Shown one piece after another: positions 29,588 through 40,339 of a DNA stretch of 64,000 nt. The notes under the pieces are model-generated. The model saw only the letters and a program-made list of their open reading frames with translations, was not told the DNA's origin and searched no databases. Both the position numbers and the translations under genes were made by a program. The number at the start of each line of letters is the position of its first letter. The first letter of the stretch is position 1. The stretch spans positions 1,216,001-1,280,000 of the forward strand of contig OZ240211.1 in the NCBI GenBank assembly GCA_965197525.1, read 5' to 3'. Source of the stretch: Nitrosopumilus sp. Lineage in GTDB: Archaea > Thermoproteota > Nitrososphaeria > Nitrososphaerales > Nitrosopumilaceae.

Positions 29588-32500
29588 CTAGAAGAACACG
29601 CCGAACAAGGACTCAAACCATCCCTTAATCATGCCGAATACATCCTGATCTTGTTGAATTAGCTCGCATGTGTCGTCTACCAGTTCGGTCCCCGTCGCGC
29701 AAATCGACGGCTGGTTTGGATCCGGTATCGGTTCCGGTTCGACTTGCGTGTCTACGGCAGTGCCTGGCTCCGGGTCGACTTGCGTGTCTACGGCAGTGCC
29801 TGGCTCCGGGTCGACTTGCGTGTCTACGGCAGTGCCTGGCTCCGGGTCGACTTGCGTGTCTACGGCAGTGTCTAACTTTGGCTCAACCTGCGTGTCTACG
29901 GCAGTGTCTGGATCCGGTTCAACTTGCGTGTCTACGGCAGTGTCTGGATCCGGTTCAACTTGCGTGTCTACGGCAGTGTCTGGATCCGGTTCAACTTGCG
30001 TGTCTACGGCAGTGTCTGGATCCGGTTCAGCTGTGGAATTAATAGTGACGATGTCAGATGAAATCACGGTTATCTCATAGGTACGGGAGTTGTCCGTGCC
30101 GTAGTCTCCCGTAGATGTTATGTCCACCGTGTACGATCCAGCGTGCCCGTTCGGCACCGACAACATGTTGAGGACACTGCCGTTTATCTCAAAGTAGTCC
30201 GAGTCTCCTTCCGAGCCTATGCCATACTCTGGGTTCTGGCCGTCCAAGTACGGGTTTCGTGTGGAAATATTCCCGACTGCGCCAGGCACATCACTGCTCT
30301 CAATGACATTGTCGTCCAGTACTATGTACCACGGGCCTAGGTTTTGGTCAAACGCGTCGGCGCGGAAGAGCATGGCATTTATGCGGGTTGTATCTACGAT
30401 GTTCCATTCGGAGATATCGCTATTGAAGGAAGACGTAGACCTGAACATGTCTGCCATGTCAGTCACGCGCGAGACGTCCCAGTCCGAGACGTCGCCGTCA
30501 AAGGAGCTGGCGCGGTTGAACATGCCATACATGTCAGTCACGCGCGAGACGTCCCAGTCCGAGACGTCGCCGTCAAAGGAGCTGGCGTGCCAGAACATCT
30601 CTGACATGTCGCTGACGTTCGAGACATCCCATGCGGAGATATCGGAGTTGAATAATGGGGCGTCCTTGAACATGTACGACATGTCGCTGACGTTCGAGAC
30701 ATCCCAGGCCGATAGGTCACCATCAAAGGATGAGGCACCATCGAACATATGTTCCATGTCAGTCACACGCGAAAAGTCTGGTATGTCAGATGCGTTGTAT
30801 GTCATATTGGATGCGCCCCTGAACGCAGAGTGCATCGACGTCCACTGCGAGTCGCCCCATTGGTCTATCGACATCAGCTTGTGCGCGTCGACATGGTCGT
30901 CGAGGCGGATCTCCTCTATGTCACCGGATATGCGTACAGTATGATTTCCGGCAGAATCGTACGTATGAGTCTGGCTGCCCCTGACACCTTCTTCCATCGT
31001 CCCGTCGCCCCAATCGATCGTGTACGTGCCACGGGCCGGAATCGTCACGGACTCGCCTGCCATGACGGTCTCCCACATTGTGATAAAGTCCAGATCGCCT
31101 GACACGTCTTTTACAGTGACTAGGACGGTGTCAGTGGAAGCGGTCAAGCCGTCACTGACTGTCAGCGTAAAGGTTACTGTCGTGTCGGTATCCACCGACG
31201 GTGCTACGAACGTGGCAATCGGCAAGGAGGCGTCGAATGTTATCTCCATAGTTGAGTCATGGCTCCACGTGTACGTCAGGTCGTCGCCGTCGGGATCGGT
31301 GGCGGCTCCGTTGAGCGTGACTGTCCGACCCTCTTGGACTGCCTGATCCTGGCCGGCATTGGCGACAGGCGGACTGTTGAGAATTGGCCCGTCAGTGACT
31401 GTGACTACAAGCGAGTCGGCGGCAGTGACGGTGCCGTCATCGGCAGTCAGCGTGAATGTTATTGCAGTGTCCGCGTCAACTTGAGGGGTGGTAAACGTGG
31501 TGGACGGCGAGGCCAAATTGGTCAGCCGGATGTCCAAAGACGAGTTGTGGCTCCACGTGTATGTCGGGGTACCGTTGCCAGCATCAATTACAATCCCGTT
31601 GAGCGTTACCGTGGTACCTTCGGGCACGGTCTGGTCAGATCCGGCATCGATGTTAAGCGGGATGCTGGGTGGGATTCCGGTGACGGTAATCACCACGGCT
31701 CTGGAGTTTGACTGGCCAAAACCACCTGAAGACAGTATGGTAATGGTGAACGAGTCCTGCGTACCGTCTGGAGTGGATTTGAACCTTAGGACATTATCGT
31801 TAATCTCGAACTGGTCGCCGTCGTCTGTGCTACCTACAGAATATACGATGTCCTGGTTATCTCTGAGCCATGCATTCTGTGGCGATATGGTTGTGACATG
31901 TAGCGTGGCGTCATCGTACTCTGCTGAGGTGCTGTCAAGTACGATGTACCATTTCCCCAGGTTCTGGTTGAACTTGGGGGCGTAAAAGAACATATATTCC
32001 ATGGTGGTCACCGACGAGGTGTCCCAGCCGGAGATGTCGCCGTCAAAGGAAGTGGCACCGTAGAACATCCTATACATGGTGGTCACCGACGAGGTGTCCC
32101 AGCCGGAGATGTCGCCGTTGAATGAAGTGGCACCTGTAAACATGTCGTTCATGCCAGTCACCGACGAGGTGTCCCAGCCGGAGATGTCGCCGTCAAAGGA
32201 AGTGGCATCGTAGAACATGCTGTTCATGCCAGTCACCGACGAGGTGTCCCAGCCGGAGATGTCGCCGTTGAATGATTGGGCGCCTTGGAACATCTGAGAC
32301 ATGTCAGTCACCGACGAGGTGTCCCAGCCGGAGATGTCGCCGTTGAATGAAGTGGCACCTGTAAACATCAGCGACATGTCAGTCACCGACGAGGTGTCCC
32401 AGCCGGAGATGTCGCCGTCAAAGGAAGCGGCATTACCGAACATCCAGCTCATGTCTGTCAGCAACGAGGTGTTCCAGCCGGAGATGTCGCCGTTGAATGA

Positions 32501-33730
32501 TGAGGCGCCGTGGAACATCCAATACATGTTGCTTACAGACGAGGTGTTCCAGCCGGAGATGTCGCCGTTGAATGATGAGGCGCCGTGGAACATCCTATAC
32601 ATGGTGGTCACCGACGAGGTGTCCCAGCCGGAGATGTCGCCGTCAAAGGAGGATGCGTCTGCAAACATCATCCACATGTCGTTTACCGACGAGGTGTCCC
32701 AGCCGGAGAGGTCGCCGTTGAATGATGAGGCACGGTGGAACATCAAGTGCATGGTGGTCACCGACGAGGTGTCCCAGCTGGAGATGTCGCCGTTGAATGA
32801 TTGGGCGCCTTGGAACATCTGAGACATGTCAGTCACCGACGAGGTGTCCCAGCTGGAGATGTCGTCGTTGAATGATAAGGCGTCGCGGAACACCCGAGAC
32901 ATACCGGTCACCGACGAGGTATCCCAGCCGGAGATGTCGCCGTCAAAGGAGGATGCGCCCGCAAACATCAGAGCCATCTCGGTCACCGACGAGGTATCCC
33001 AGTCGGAGATGTCGCCGTCAAAGGAAGTGGCACCGTTGAACATGTTGTTCGTGTCAGTCACCGACGAGGTGTCCCAGTCGGAGAGATCTGCGTTGAATGA
33101 TGAGGCGTCGCGGAACATCCAGCGCATGCTGGTTACAGACGAGGTGTCCCAGTCGGAGATGTCGCCGTCAAAGGAAGTGGCGCCGTTGAACATGTTGCTC
33201 ATGTCAGTCACCGACGAGGTGTCCCAGTCGGAGAGATCGGCGTTGAATGATGAGGCTCCCTGAAACATAAAGCTCATGCCTTGCGCAACCGAGAGATCTG
33301 GTGTATCGGTTGCACGATATACCATATTTGATGCACCGTTAAATGCTGAGGACATTAACCTCCACTGTATCGCGCCCCATTGATCTATGGAAAGCAGTTT
33401 TTCCGCATTTGCCATGTCTCTTAGACGAATGTGGGCAAAGTCACCTGATATACTGACCTGGTAATCCCCGGGTTCAGCATATTCATGAGTCTGATCCCCT
33501 AAGACATTAGCAGATACGGTTCCGTCGCCCCAGTCGACTGTGTACACGCCTGAGAAGCTGCTTGTAGGTATGGTTATCGACTCGCCGGGCGTCGTTGTCC
33601 GCCAAGTGGTGACAAAAGAATCTACATCTACTTGAGACTCAGAAGGCATGGGTACGGCAACAAGGACAAAAATCACTACTGTAAGAATACATAGACTGCC
33701 TGTTCTTCGCAACGAAAACTGTAAAACCAT
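29588..33730 (-). CDS. BspA-like/DUF285 repeat surface protein with PKD-like Ig domains
   Basis: Signal peptide, [11 protein letters not shown] motif, 25-aa WDTSSVTxMxxMFxxAxSFxGDIS repeats, two PVANAGxDQ-type Ig modules, Pro/Asp linker; visibly GC-richer than flanks. Confidence 0.9.
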   Translation of the reverse strand: MVLQFSLRRTGSLCILTVVIFVLVAVPMPSESQVDVDSFVTTWRTTTPGESITIPTSSFSGVYTVDWGDGTVSANVLGDQTHEYAEPGDYQVSISGDFAHIRLRDMANAEKLLSIDQWGAIQWRLMSSAFNGASNMVYRATDTPDLSVAQGMSFMFQGASSFNADLSDWDTSSVTDMSNMFNGATSFDGDISDWDTSSVTSMRWMFRDASSFNADLSDWDTSSVTDTNNMFNGATSFDGDISDWDTSSVTEMALMFAGASSFDGDISGWDTSSVTGMSRVFRDALSFNDDISSWDTSSVTDMSQMFQGAQSFNGDISSWDTSSVTTMHLMFHRASSFNGDLSGWDTSSVNDMWMMFADASSFDGDISGWDTSSVTTMYRMFHGASSFNGDISGWNTSSVSNMYWMFHGASSFNGDISGWNTSLLTDMSWMFGNAASFDGDISGWDTSSVTDMSLMFTGATSFNGDISGWDTSSVTDMSQMFQGAQSFNGDISGWDTSSVTGMNSMFYDATSFDGDISGWDTSSVTGMNDMFTGATSFNGDISGWDTSSVTTMYRMFYGATSFDGDISGWDTSSVTTMEYMFFYAPKFNQNLGKWYIVLDSTSAEYDDATLHVTTISPQNAWLRDNQDIVYSVGSTDDGDQFEINDNVLRFKSTPDGTQDSFTITILSSGGFGQSNSRAVVITVTGIPPSIPLNIDAGSDQTVPEGTTVTLNGIVIDAGNGTPTYTWSHNSSLDIRLTNLASPSTTFTTPQVDADTAITFTLTADDGTVTAADSLVVTVTDGPILNSPPVANAGQDQAVQEGRTVTLNGAATDPDGDDLTYTWSHDSTMEITFDASLPIATFVAPSVDTDTTVTFTLTVSDGLTASTDTVLVTVKDVSGDLDFITMWETVMAGESVTIPARGTYTIDWGDGTMEEGVRGSQTHTYDSAGNHTVRISGDIEEIRLDDHVDAHKLMSIDQWGDSQWTSMHSAFRGASNMTYNASDIPDFSRVTDMEHMFDGASSFDGDLSAWDVSNVSDMSYMFKDAPLFNSDISAWDVSNVSDMSEMFWHASSFDGDVSDWDVSRVTDMYGMFNRASSFDGDVSDWDVSRVTDMADMFRSTSSFNSDISEWNIVDTTRINAMLFRADAFDQNLGPWYIVLDDNVIESSDVPGAVGNISTRNPYLDGQNPEYGIGSEGDSDYFEINGSVLNMLSVPNGHAGSYTVDITSTGDYGTDNSRTYEITVISSDIVTINSTAEPDPDTAVDTQVEPDPDTAVDTQVEPDPDTAVDTQVEPDPDTAVDTQVEPKLDTAVDTQVDPEPGTAVDTQVDPEPGTAVDTQVDPEPGTAVDTQVEPEPIPDPNQPSICATGTELVDDTCELIQQDQDVFGMIKGWFESLFGVFF
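29741..30028 (-). repeat. 8 x 36-bp in-frame tandem repeat (E/D-P-x-x-x-TAVDTQV)
   Basis: Counted in the protein and DNA; no spacers. Confidence 0.92.
31958..33232 (-). repeat. 17 x 75-bp in-frame tandem DUF285 repeats
   Basis: Recurrent CACCGACGAGGTGTCCCAGCCGGAGATGTCGCCGT; 17 units of 25 aa counted. Confidence 0.92.
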
Positions 33731-34313
33731 GATATCATGTATTTCACAGACATGGTATTATGTATTTCACAGGACACAATTAACTCAAATGTGCGCTCCA
33801 ACTACGGAAGCGGTTCAGGTTTGGAAATTTGACATGTAAACAACCTGTCATAAACCACATTTTTAACAAAAAACACCGTTTCATGATCTTTTTTATCACT
33901 AAACGGTTTCCGTATCACTTTTCTTCGGTTTTCACGGCGCCAGTCCGCGTAATTTGCGCCTGCCGCCATTCAGCGCAGTGGCATGACTATCTAGCGTGCC
34001 GGAAAACATCCCGTACACCCCCCTCTACGCCGTGACGTCAGTGTTGCAGCGAAAGCACCGTACACATACCGCGCGCAACTGTCTCGGTCTGTATATCTTT
34101 ACGGTGTCCTCGTCCATGCGTACTAGCTTTTCCCCATTCCGGCAGAACTACCGTCAACAGCGCGTTGATCGTAGCTGTTCTGTACTCTCATTCCTACAAA
34201 CCATTGCAGTAACTATAACGTTGTAATTCGGAGAAGATCCTGAAAACACCCCAAGTTCACAGTTACATGAAAACATCCGCTAACTTACCAGTGCAAAAAC
34301 AGGTGATAATGGT

Positions 34314-34400
34314 ATGTCTCGAATTGAACAGTCTTAAAATAGACATATTGTTATGTCCCAAATTGAACAGTATCTGGAAATATCCCGAATTTTGAACAGT
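34314..34400. repeat. Three degenerate copies of ATGTCYCRAATTGAACAGT
   Basis: Copies at 34314-34332, 34353-34371 and 34380-34400. Confidence 0.7.
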
Positions 34401-34417
34401 GTATAATTTTAAAAAAT

Positions 34418-34843
34418 TTAATTTAGCTTTACAAAAGGATTCGTTTTATCATCAGTGTCAACGGCAATTTTATCGCCTGTGCGTAATAAGGCTAACACGT
34501 CTCCTGGCACTAAAAAGAGTGGAATGTCAGCTAGCGCACAGCCAGTTGCAACGGTAAGATCCGCCTTTGTGCATATCATTGCAAGTGGCGCCGTACCGTT
34601 TGATTTTATTGAATAGATGGTATAGGCGCCAACACTGCTCCCAACACCTGAAGGAAATACCAAGATGGAGCCTGAGACAGAGGACTCGAAGAGATCGTGG
34701 TTAGAGTCTGTAACGATCCCAGTCTTTTTATCAACTGTGCCCAAAAAGTTAATCGGTTTGTCAGATTTTAAAACAGTGCCTTGTGTCTTGCCAGAGACTA
34801 GAATTTTTGTCGTCGTCATCATCTTCTTCTCCTTCATCATCAT
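34418..34843 (-). CDS. Aconitase X swiveling subunit (DUF126; phosphomevalonate dehydratase small subunit-like)
   Basis: PINFLG.VD..TG.V.D..H, GVGSSVG motif. Confidence 0.88.
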   Translation of the reverse strand: MMMKEKKMMTTTKILVSGKTQGTVLKSDKPINFLGTVDKKTGIVTDSNHDLFESSVSGSILVFPSGVGSSVGAYTIYSIKSNGTAPLAMICTKADLTVATGCALADIPLFLVPGDVLALLRTGDKIAVDTDDKTNPFVKLN

Positions 34844-36039
34844 CTCACTGCCTCGTCTTTGATTATCTGAGAGAGCGGTTTCAGATTTACACCAACACCG
34901 TTTGAATTTTTGAGATAAAATGCACCTTTGATACTATTGGTGGTCACAGCATCGACACTGTCTTTGTTTATCAGAGGAGAAAGACACGTACAACAGTCAG
35001 AGAGTATCTCGCATCCTGCACGTTCTAGTTGCTCAGTATATCCAACCTTTCTTGCTTGCTCTTTTACAGTCCGCGGTACGAACACCATACATCTCTTTTG
35101 AAATGTCTTACCGTCTAGTCTGTTTACAAGGTCAGATATCTCTTCATATCCTAGTTGAGGGCTGCCAAGTGTGATTATATCTCCTTGGGAAGAGGTATTA
35201 AGTTCGTCATGAATGTTCTGCATCTCTTTTTCATCAAAGACTATCTTTTCACAGTTGTCAGTCTCGTCATTTTTTTTATTTAAAATATTACTTGCATTAT
35301 CGTTGTCATCGAAGATAAACTTGGCACAGGTTCCAGAAGTTCCCATTCCTCCACACATTGCCTTGCGTTGTCTGTTATCCATTGTTGGAAGACCGGAAAT
35401 ATTTACAGATGTATCACCTACCTTTCCTGCAAAAAATCCAAGCATTCCGTATGTCAGCTCGTCTGGATCTTTGATACCCATCTGAATCGTAACATTGGGG
35501 CTGTCCTCCTTTCTCAGTGACGAGTAAGGACTCTTGCCAATAATTGCACTGGCAAGTGCGCTAAATGCGCTCTCTTTGTTTGTCTTGAGACCATCATACG
35601 AGTTTGCATGAATTGCAGCATTGCTCTCTGCAAAGGCAACTTGGGTCCCGTCTGAAGGAATGTCAAATATCTCATAAGGAATGCATGAGAATGACGGGAT
35701 GACGCCCATCTTTTCATACGAGTTTTTAATTGATAGCTGTTTTGTGATAAAATTTTCATCAATGGGATAATCTGATACGTTGTCAATATCAAATCCCATT
35801 GGATTCAAGGTTGTTCGTACTCGGACCCGTGCATCCTTGCTAATACTTGATAAAAGTTCTTCTCCTGCATCGCCAATAGTGTTATAGTTTACGCCTGAGA
35901 GATGTGCCCATTTTATTGGTACGAGTCTTTCAGCATCGGTTGCCTCTCCTGTTGCAACTAGGATTCTGTATGCCGTCTGTATGCTCTTGCCATACTTGCC
36001 TCGTAGGCCGTCTTGTTCATCAGGCGTTAGTTCCATCAC
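34840..36039 (-). CDS. Aconitase X catalytic subunit (DUF521; phosphomevalonate dehydratase large subunit-like)
   Basis: AHLSGVNY, TLNP, FSCIPY, AFAESNA..HANS, LGSPQ, SDCCTC, TNSIKG. Confidence 0.9.
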   Translation of the reverse strand: MMELTPDEQDGLRGKYGKSIQTAYRILVATGEATDAERLVPIKWAHLSGVNYNTIGDAGEELLSSISKDARVRVRTTLNPMGFDIDNVSDYPIDENFITKQLSIKNSYEKMGVIPSFSCIPYEIFDIPSDGTQVAFAESNAAIHANSYDGLKTNKESAFSALASAIIGKSPYSSLRKEDSPNVTIQMGIKDPDELTYGMLGFFAGKVGDTSVNISGLPTMDNRQRKAMCGGMGTSGTCAKFIFDDNDNASNILNKKNDETDNCEKIVFDEKEMQNIHDELNTSSQGDIITLGSPQLGYEEISDLVNRLDGKTFQKRCMVFVPRTVKEQARKVGYTEQLERAGCEILSDCCTCLSPLINKDSVDAVTTNSIKGAFYLKNSNGVGVNLKPLSQIIKDEAVR

Positions 36040-36084
36040 AGTTGTTTTGTATTACAGTTATAATATTCTTGTACATGGCGTTAA

Positions 36085-36744
36085 TTGGGAATGAAGAAAA
36101 TTCTAACTGGTATGAGAAAGACCATGAATGCTGTAAAGCCACCAAGAATCACTGCATTACAAGAATTACACGATGCAGAGACAGGACCGTTTAGCATCTT
36201 GATTGGCACAATACTCTCTGCAAGAACAAAGGATGAGGCAACAACAAAAGCGATAAAGGTGCTGTTTGCAAGATACAAGAACTCAAAAGAGTTGTCACGT
36301 GCAAAGGTAAAAGACGTAGAGAAGATAATACACTCTATTGGATTTTTTCATGTCAAGGCAAGAAGAATAATCGAGGTGGCAAAGATTATTGATAAAAAGT
36401 ACAAGGGAGCAGTTCCTGATGATTTGGAGACATTGGTACAACTTCCAGGAGTAGGACGAAAGACTGCTAACTGTGTATTGGTTTATGCATTTGAACAACC
36501 TGCAATTCCAGTTGATATTCACGTTCACAGAATATCAAATAGATTGGGGCTAGTCGAGACAAAAAATCCTGAAGAGACAGAAGTCGAGTTAATGAAGATC
36601 GTTCCAAGAAAGTACTGGATTGACATTAATGACACTTTTGTAATGTATGGTCAGAATATCTGCAAACCAATATCTCCAATGTGTAACGTGTGTCAAATAA
36701 AAAAAGATTGTAAATTTTATGAAACTAGGAAGAACGTCTCTTAG
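36085..36744 (+). CDS. nth: Endonuclease III
   Basis: HhH LPGVGRKTANCV, PVDIHVHRI, CKPISPMCNVCQIKKDC Fe-S motif. Confidence 0.96.
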   Translation: MGMKKILTGMRKTMNAVKPPRITALQELHDAETGPFSILIGTILSARTKDEATTKAIKVLFARYKNSKELSRAKVKDVEKIIHSIGFFHVKARRIIEVAKIIDKKYKGAVPDDLETLVQLPGVGRKTANCVLVYAFEQPAIPVDIHVHRISNRLGLVETKNPEETEVELMKIVPRKYWIDINDTFVMYGQNICKPISPMCNVCQIKKDCKFYETRKNVS

Positions 36745-37423
36745 TTAGAAACAACACGCCTACAACAACTCCCATGCCTGCTGCAATATAGAATGGGAAT
36801 AATGCAAATTGGTTCTTTGCAGGATCACCTGAAAGAAACTCTACTGTCATGATTCCAGAATTGATGGCAGGCGGATCAAGTAGACTCTCCATGCCATAAG
36901 CAGAGTATGCATCAATTACAAATTTACCAATATCCAAGTTGGTAACTACTATTCGCGCACCATTGTTTACAGTCAATCCCGCTCTGTCAGTAAATGATAC
37001 TATAGATTTGGCTTGAGGGTACCATCCTCTATCTAGGTCCCTGTGAACTACAACATAGCCCTCTTTTGGAGTTTGTACTGCAACCCAAAACTTGTAGTCA
37101 GGCTGGGCACCCATCCCAACTTCGATGAACTCGTCGTAAGTCTCTTGGTCATAGAATCGCAGTACGGCGTTTCCACCAGAATGTTCATAAAGTAAATTGT
37201 TATCAATTGTTATCTGCCAGCTAACTCCATGAACTCCATCCAATGCAACTACAGGCGCATTACGTAAAATTGTGTTAAAGTCATCAGATGGAACGTCTAT
37301 TGTATTGATAATTAATGAAGGGTTGTTGGGTTCTTGAGCATGAACAAAAGATGGTGGTGCAAGCAAGAATGTAAATAGTAACAACGATCCTACAGACAGA
37401 AATACCGTATCAAAATGCTTCAC
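36725..37423 (-). CDS. Secreted protein with C-terminal membrane anchor
   Basis: N-terminal signal peptide; C-terminal TM followed by KRRS. Confidence 0.75.
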   Translation of the reverse strand: MKHFDTVFLSVGSLLLFTFLLAPPSFVHAQEPNNPSLIINTIDVPSDDFNTILRNAPVVALDGVHGVSWQITIDNNLLYEHSGGNAVLRFYDQETYDEFIEVGMGAQPDYKFWVAVQTPKEGYVVVHRDLDRGWYPQAKSIVSFTDRAGLTVNNGARIVVTNLDIGKFVIDAYSAYGMESLLDPPAINSGIMTVEFLSGDPAKNQFALFPFYIAAGMGVVVGVLFLTKRRSS

Positions 37424-37453
37424 AGATAAGATTCAAGACGATTAAATAAAAAT

Positions 37454-38602
37454 CTAATCAACAAATGGCTTGGGATGAGCTAAAATAATTTTGGCTACTT
37501 CGGGCCTCAAGATAAATTCAGACGGTGGTTGGTGGTTTTGAATCATCTCTCGTAGCTTAGTACCGCTAATTTGTACTTTGGAGTCATTGTCATGTGGACA
37601 CGCCTTTGGAGTTGTATATGTCAGACATTGTTTGCAATAAAAGAATGCTGGGAAAAACACAGGCGCAATATCAAGTTCCGGATAGTCAGAGAATATTGCC
37701 TGAGCGGCAAACGGATCATAGAATGTGCCAACGCCTGCATGATCTCGCCCGATGATAATGTGCGTGCAGCCGTAATTCTGTCGCATGATTGCATGATGAA
37801 TTGCTTCTTTAGGACCCGCATATTTCATCTCAGTGTGCAGAGTTCCTAACTGGCATCTATTCTCTGGATAGTATAACTCTATTAGGGTTTCATAACATTT
37901 TACAATGACTTTGTCTACGAAATCACCTGATTTTTTCTTGCCTACAAGAGGATTGACAAATACACCATCACGTGTTGTAATGGATGTTTTTTGAAGCATC
38001 TCGTGTGCTACATGTGGTGGATTTCTAGTTTGAAATGCACAAATGGTCTTCCAGCCTGCTTGGGCAAAGGATTCCCTTGTCTGTTTTGGAGTCAGTCTGT
38101 GTTCTCTAATCTCAGTATCGTCCGGTCGCTGAATATAGTCAATCTTTCCACTGACTAGATGGTCGTTCATTGACATGGTCTTGGCAACGCCTGGATGTGA
38201 TACGTCACTAGTTCCATAAACACCGTTTACCACCTCTTCTTTATCAAATGTATACGTCTCATCAACCCGCAGTATTGCGACGCCTACACCAAAAGGATTC
38301 TTTAGCAGCACATTCTGTGACTCTTTCATTTTAGAGGCAGTTGGTTCATCAACATCAAGAACAATTGGAATAGTCCAGGCAACCCCGTTAGCTAGCCTTC
38401 CACGGGATACAACACTCTTGAAATCTTCTTGTCCCAGGAATCCTTCTAAAGGACTAAAGATACCATCTGCAATATTTTCAACGTCGTTTGCCAAATCTTC
38501 AGTAATTGTAATAGAGTATAACGAATCCAAATCATCATTGACTGTTGTAACTCTATTTACGAGTACGCCACCGTGTGGTTTGATCAAACTGGGTTCTGCC
38601 AT
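37454..38602 (-). CDS. sat: Sulfate adenylyltransferase
   Basis: [38 protein letters not shown]. Confidence 0.96.
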   Translation of the reverse strand: MAEPSLIKPHGGVLVNRVTTVNDDLDSLYSITITEDLANDVENIADGIFSPLEGFLGQEDFKSVVSRGRLANGVAWTIPIVLDVDEPTASKMKESQNVLLKNPFGVGVAILRVDETYTFDKEEVVNGVYGTSDVSHPGVAKTMSMNDHLVSGKIDYIQRPDDTEIREHRLTPKQTRESFAQAGWKTICAFQTRNPPHVAHEMLQKTSITTRDGVFVNPLVGKKKSGDFVDKVIVKCYETLIELYYPENRCQLGTLHTEMKYAGPKEAIHHAIMRQNYGCTHIIIGRDHAGVGTFYDPFAAQAIFSDYPELDIAPVFFPAFFYCKQCLTYTTPKACPHDNDSKVQISGTKLREMIQNHQPPSEFILRPEVAKIILAHPKPFVD

Positions 38603-38609
38603 AATAATT

Positions 38610-39326
38610 CTACTTGCTATCCGTGTGAAGGCCACACTCTTTATTTCCTTCGGTCTCCCACCACCATCTTCCTGCACGAATATCCTCGCCTGGCTTTATT
38701 GCGCGGGTACACGGTTCACAACCAATACTAGGGTAACCTTGGTCAAGAAGACTGTTGTAGGGTAGCTGGTTATCTTTGATATAGTCTTGAATTTGCTGCC
38801 ATGTCCAGTCAATAATAGGATTAATCTTCAAGATGTTATCATGTTTACGATCCAATTCAAAGATTGTCATGTTACTGCGATTAGCAGTCTGTTCTCTTCT
38901 CAGTCCTGTAATCCAGCCATCAAGGGTTGCAAGCATCTTGTTCATTGGATTTACTTTACGAATCTTACAGCACAGTTCTCTATTCTCTACGCTCTCATAA
39001 AACAAGTTCATCCCCTTCTGCCTTACCATATCCTCTACTTGCTTTGCATCAGGGAACAGAACCTCAATTGAGATATTGTATCTCTTTCTAACAATATCAA
39101 TTATGTTGTGAGTTTCCTGAGGCAGCCTGCCAGTATCAAGGGTAAAGAATCGGAATTTAGGATTAACTTTTAGCATCAAGTCCATAACAACGGCGTCTTC
39201 TGCACCAAAGCTTGATGCCTTGGCAACATTAGGGTGCAAGTTATCAGAGGTCCAAGTTAGCGCATCTTGGGTGGTAGTTATCTGAGAGTTGAGATCATCT
39301 ACCTGACTCTGAGTAAATCTTCGCAT
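38610..39326 (-). CDS. cysH: APS/PAPS reductase
   Basis: [35 protein letters not shown]. Confidence 0.94.
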   Translation of the reverse strand: MRRFTQSQVDDLNSQITTTQDALTWTSDNLHPNVAKASSFGAEDAVVMDLMLKVNPKFRFFTLDTGRLPQETHNIIDIVRKRYNISIEVLFPDAKQVEDMVRQKGMNLFYESVENRELCCKIRKVNPMNKMLATLDGWITGLRREQTANRSNMTIFELDRKHDNILKINPIIDWTWQQIQDYIKDNQLPYNSLLDQGYPSIGCEPCTRAIKPGEDIRAGRWWWETEGNKECGLHTDSK

Positions 39327-39363
39327 ACCTGCAGTAGGGATTTGTTTTATATTAATTGTTAAA

Positions 39364-39438
39364 AAAATCCTAAATTATAAACAAGCAGAGATAAGGACTC
39401 GTGATACGAGTCAGATCATATGTTGTGGTATTTTCAAC
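39364..39438 (+). repeat. Degenerate duplicate of the upstream region and first codons of the thiI-like gene (partner 40298-40374)
   Basis: AAAATCCTAAATTATAAACAAGC...GAGTCAGAT..CATATGTTGTGGT; this copy has ATG>ACG and a 2-nt deletion. Confidence 0.85.
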
Positions 39439-39660
39439 ATGGAAAAAGCATTCAATCTGCTAAAGGAGTCAGGAAAAGAGATCGAAGTACTAGTCACATG
39501 CAGGTTTGATAGTAAAAACAACACCGTTGAGAAGATAAAATATTCCATTGACGAGCTATCAAACCTAAACCCCCGGTCTTTGCCTTATCAATAGTAATGT
39601 AAAAAATCATTAAAAGTAACGCACATGGATATTTTTACATGTCGATGTTTCTTGTGGATC

Positions 39661-39897
39661 TTATTTTACCATACCGTGGTTGTAATCGTTGGTAAATTCT
39701 TCCTTGGATATGCCTGCATACAACAGTACGGAAAATTGGGTCCTAATTTTCAATCTTTTATTTCTCGCTGGCACGACCGTAACGAGATCTTCATTACGTA
39801 GTGTTATGTGACTTCCTTTTCTCTGCGTTATGACAAACTCTTTTTTCTGCAGATACCTTACCATTTGGTTGCCCGACACCCGTGGAAATTTCGTCAT
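39661..39897 (-). CDS. hicA: HicA family toxin
   Basis: SG..M...L....F......KGSH..L, VVP, AGIS.EEF. Confidence 0.88.
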   Translation of the reverse strand: MTKFPRVSGNQMVRYLQKKEFVITQRKGSHITLRNEDLVTVVPARNKRLKIRTQFSVLLYAGISKEEFTNDYNHGMVK

Positions 39898-40109
39898 TAC
39901 TGTTCTATAATGAGCATGTTAAAATCCGTTATATGCCCGCCTTCCTCAGCTGCAAGCTCCATTGCCTCCTTCATGTTCTCCATCATCTCCCCAAACGTCT
40001 CTCCTTCTGATACTGCATGAAGCTCGTCACAGGTGGCAACAAATCCTCCCTCTTCAAGATCCTTGGTTATCACAACCGAGTATGTCTTTTTTTGTACTGT
40101 CGTGCTCAT
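39897..40109 (-). CDS. hicB: HicB family antitoxin (short form)
   Basis: YSVVI...EEGGFVA.C.EL..VSEGET..E...N.KEA.EL; stop overlaps the hicA start. Confidence 0.88.
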   Translation of the reverse strand: MSTTVQKKTYSVVITKDLEEGGFVATCDELHAVSEGETFGEMMENMKEAMELAAEEGGHITDFNMLIIEQ

Positions 40110-40151
40110 AGTGTTATTTCTCTTACAAGCATTAAAGAGTTTATCCCATTG

Positions 40152-40283
40152 AAACTTTGTTTCCCAACTCAGATACTTCGCACCTTTACGATTAATTTAG
40201 TCCGTAAACAGCGTCAAGTCACGCGAGGGTGCGTTCTTTGTGGCAACTCAGATGTCTTTATCTAAATTAGGAAACACTTGTGT
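40152..40283. mobile_element. MITE-like element, copy B
   Basis: Colinear with 19493-19624 (shared TTTACGATTAATTTAGTCCGTAAAC, GCGTCAAGTCA, TTCTTTGTGG.AACTCAGATG); right end degenerate. Confidence 0.65.
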
Positions 40284-40339
40284 TAAAACATCTTCCTAAA
40301 ATCCTAAATTATAAACAAGCGAAGATAAAGATTCGTGAT

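Noticed and set aside
29741-30028. 36-bp repeat array as CRISPR
   Set aside because: Units are contiguous without spacers and in frame within a CDS
31958-33232. 75-bp constant/variable periodicity as CRISPR or a DGR template
   Set aside because: It encodes 25-aa DUF285 repeats; no cas or reverse transcriptase is present; variation is not adenine-specific by eye
29668-33263. Many plus-strand ORFs antisense to the adhesin
   Set aside because: Shadow frames caused by high GC and repeats
34418-36039. Aconitase X pair as a novelty
   Set aside because: Matches the established archaeal modified mevalonate pathway dehydratase subunits
40280-40339. N-terminal extension of the thiI-like ORF
   Set aside because: It overlaps the MITE end and the TATA-like box; the ATG at 40340 is more plausible
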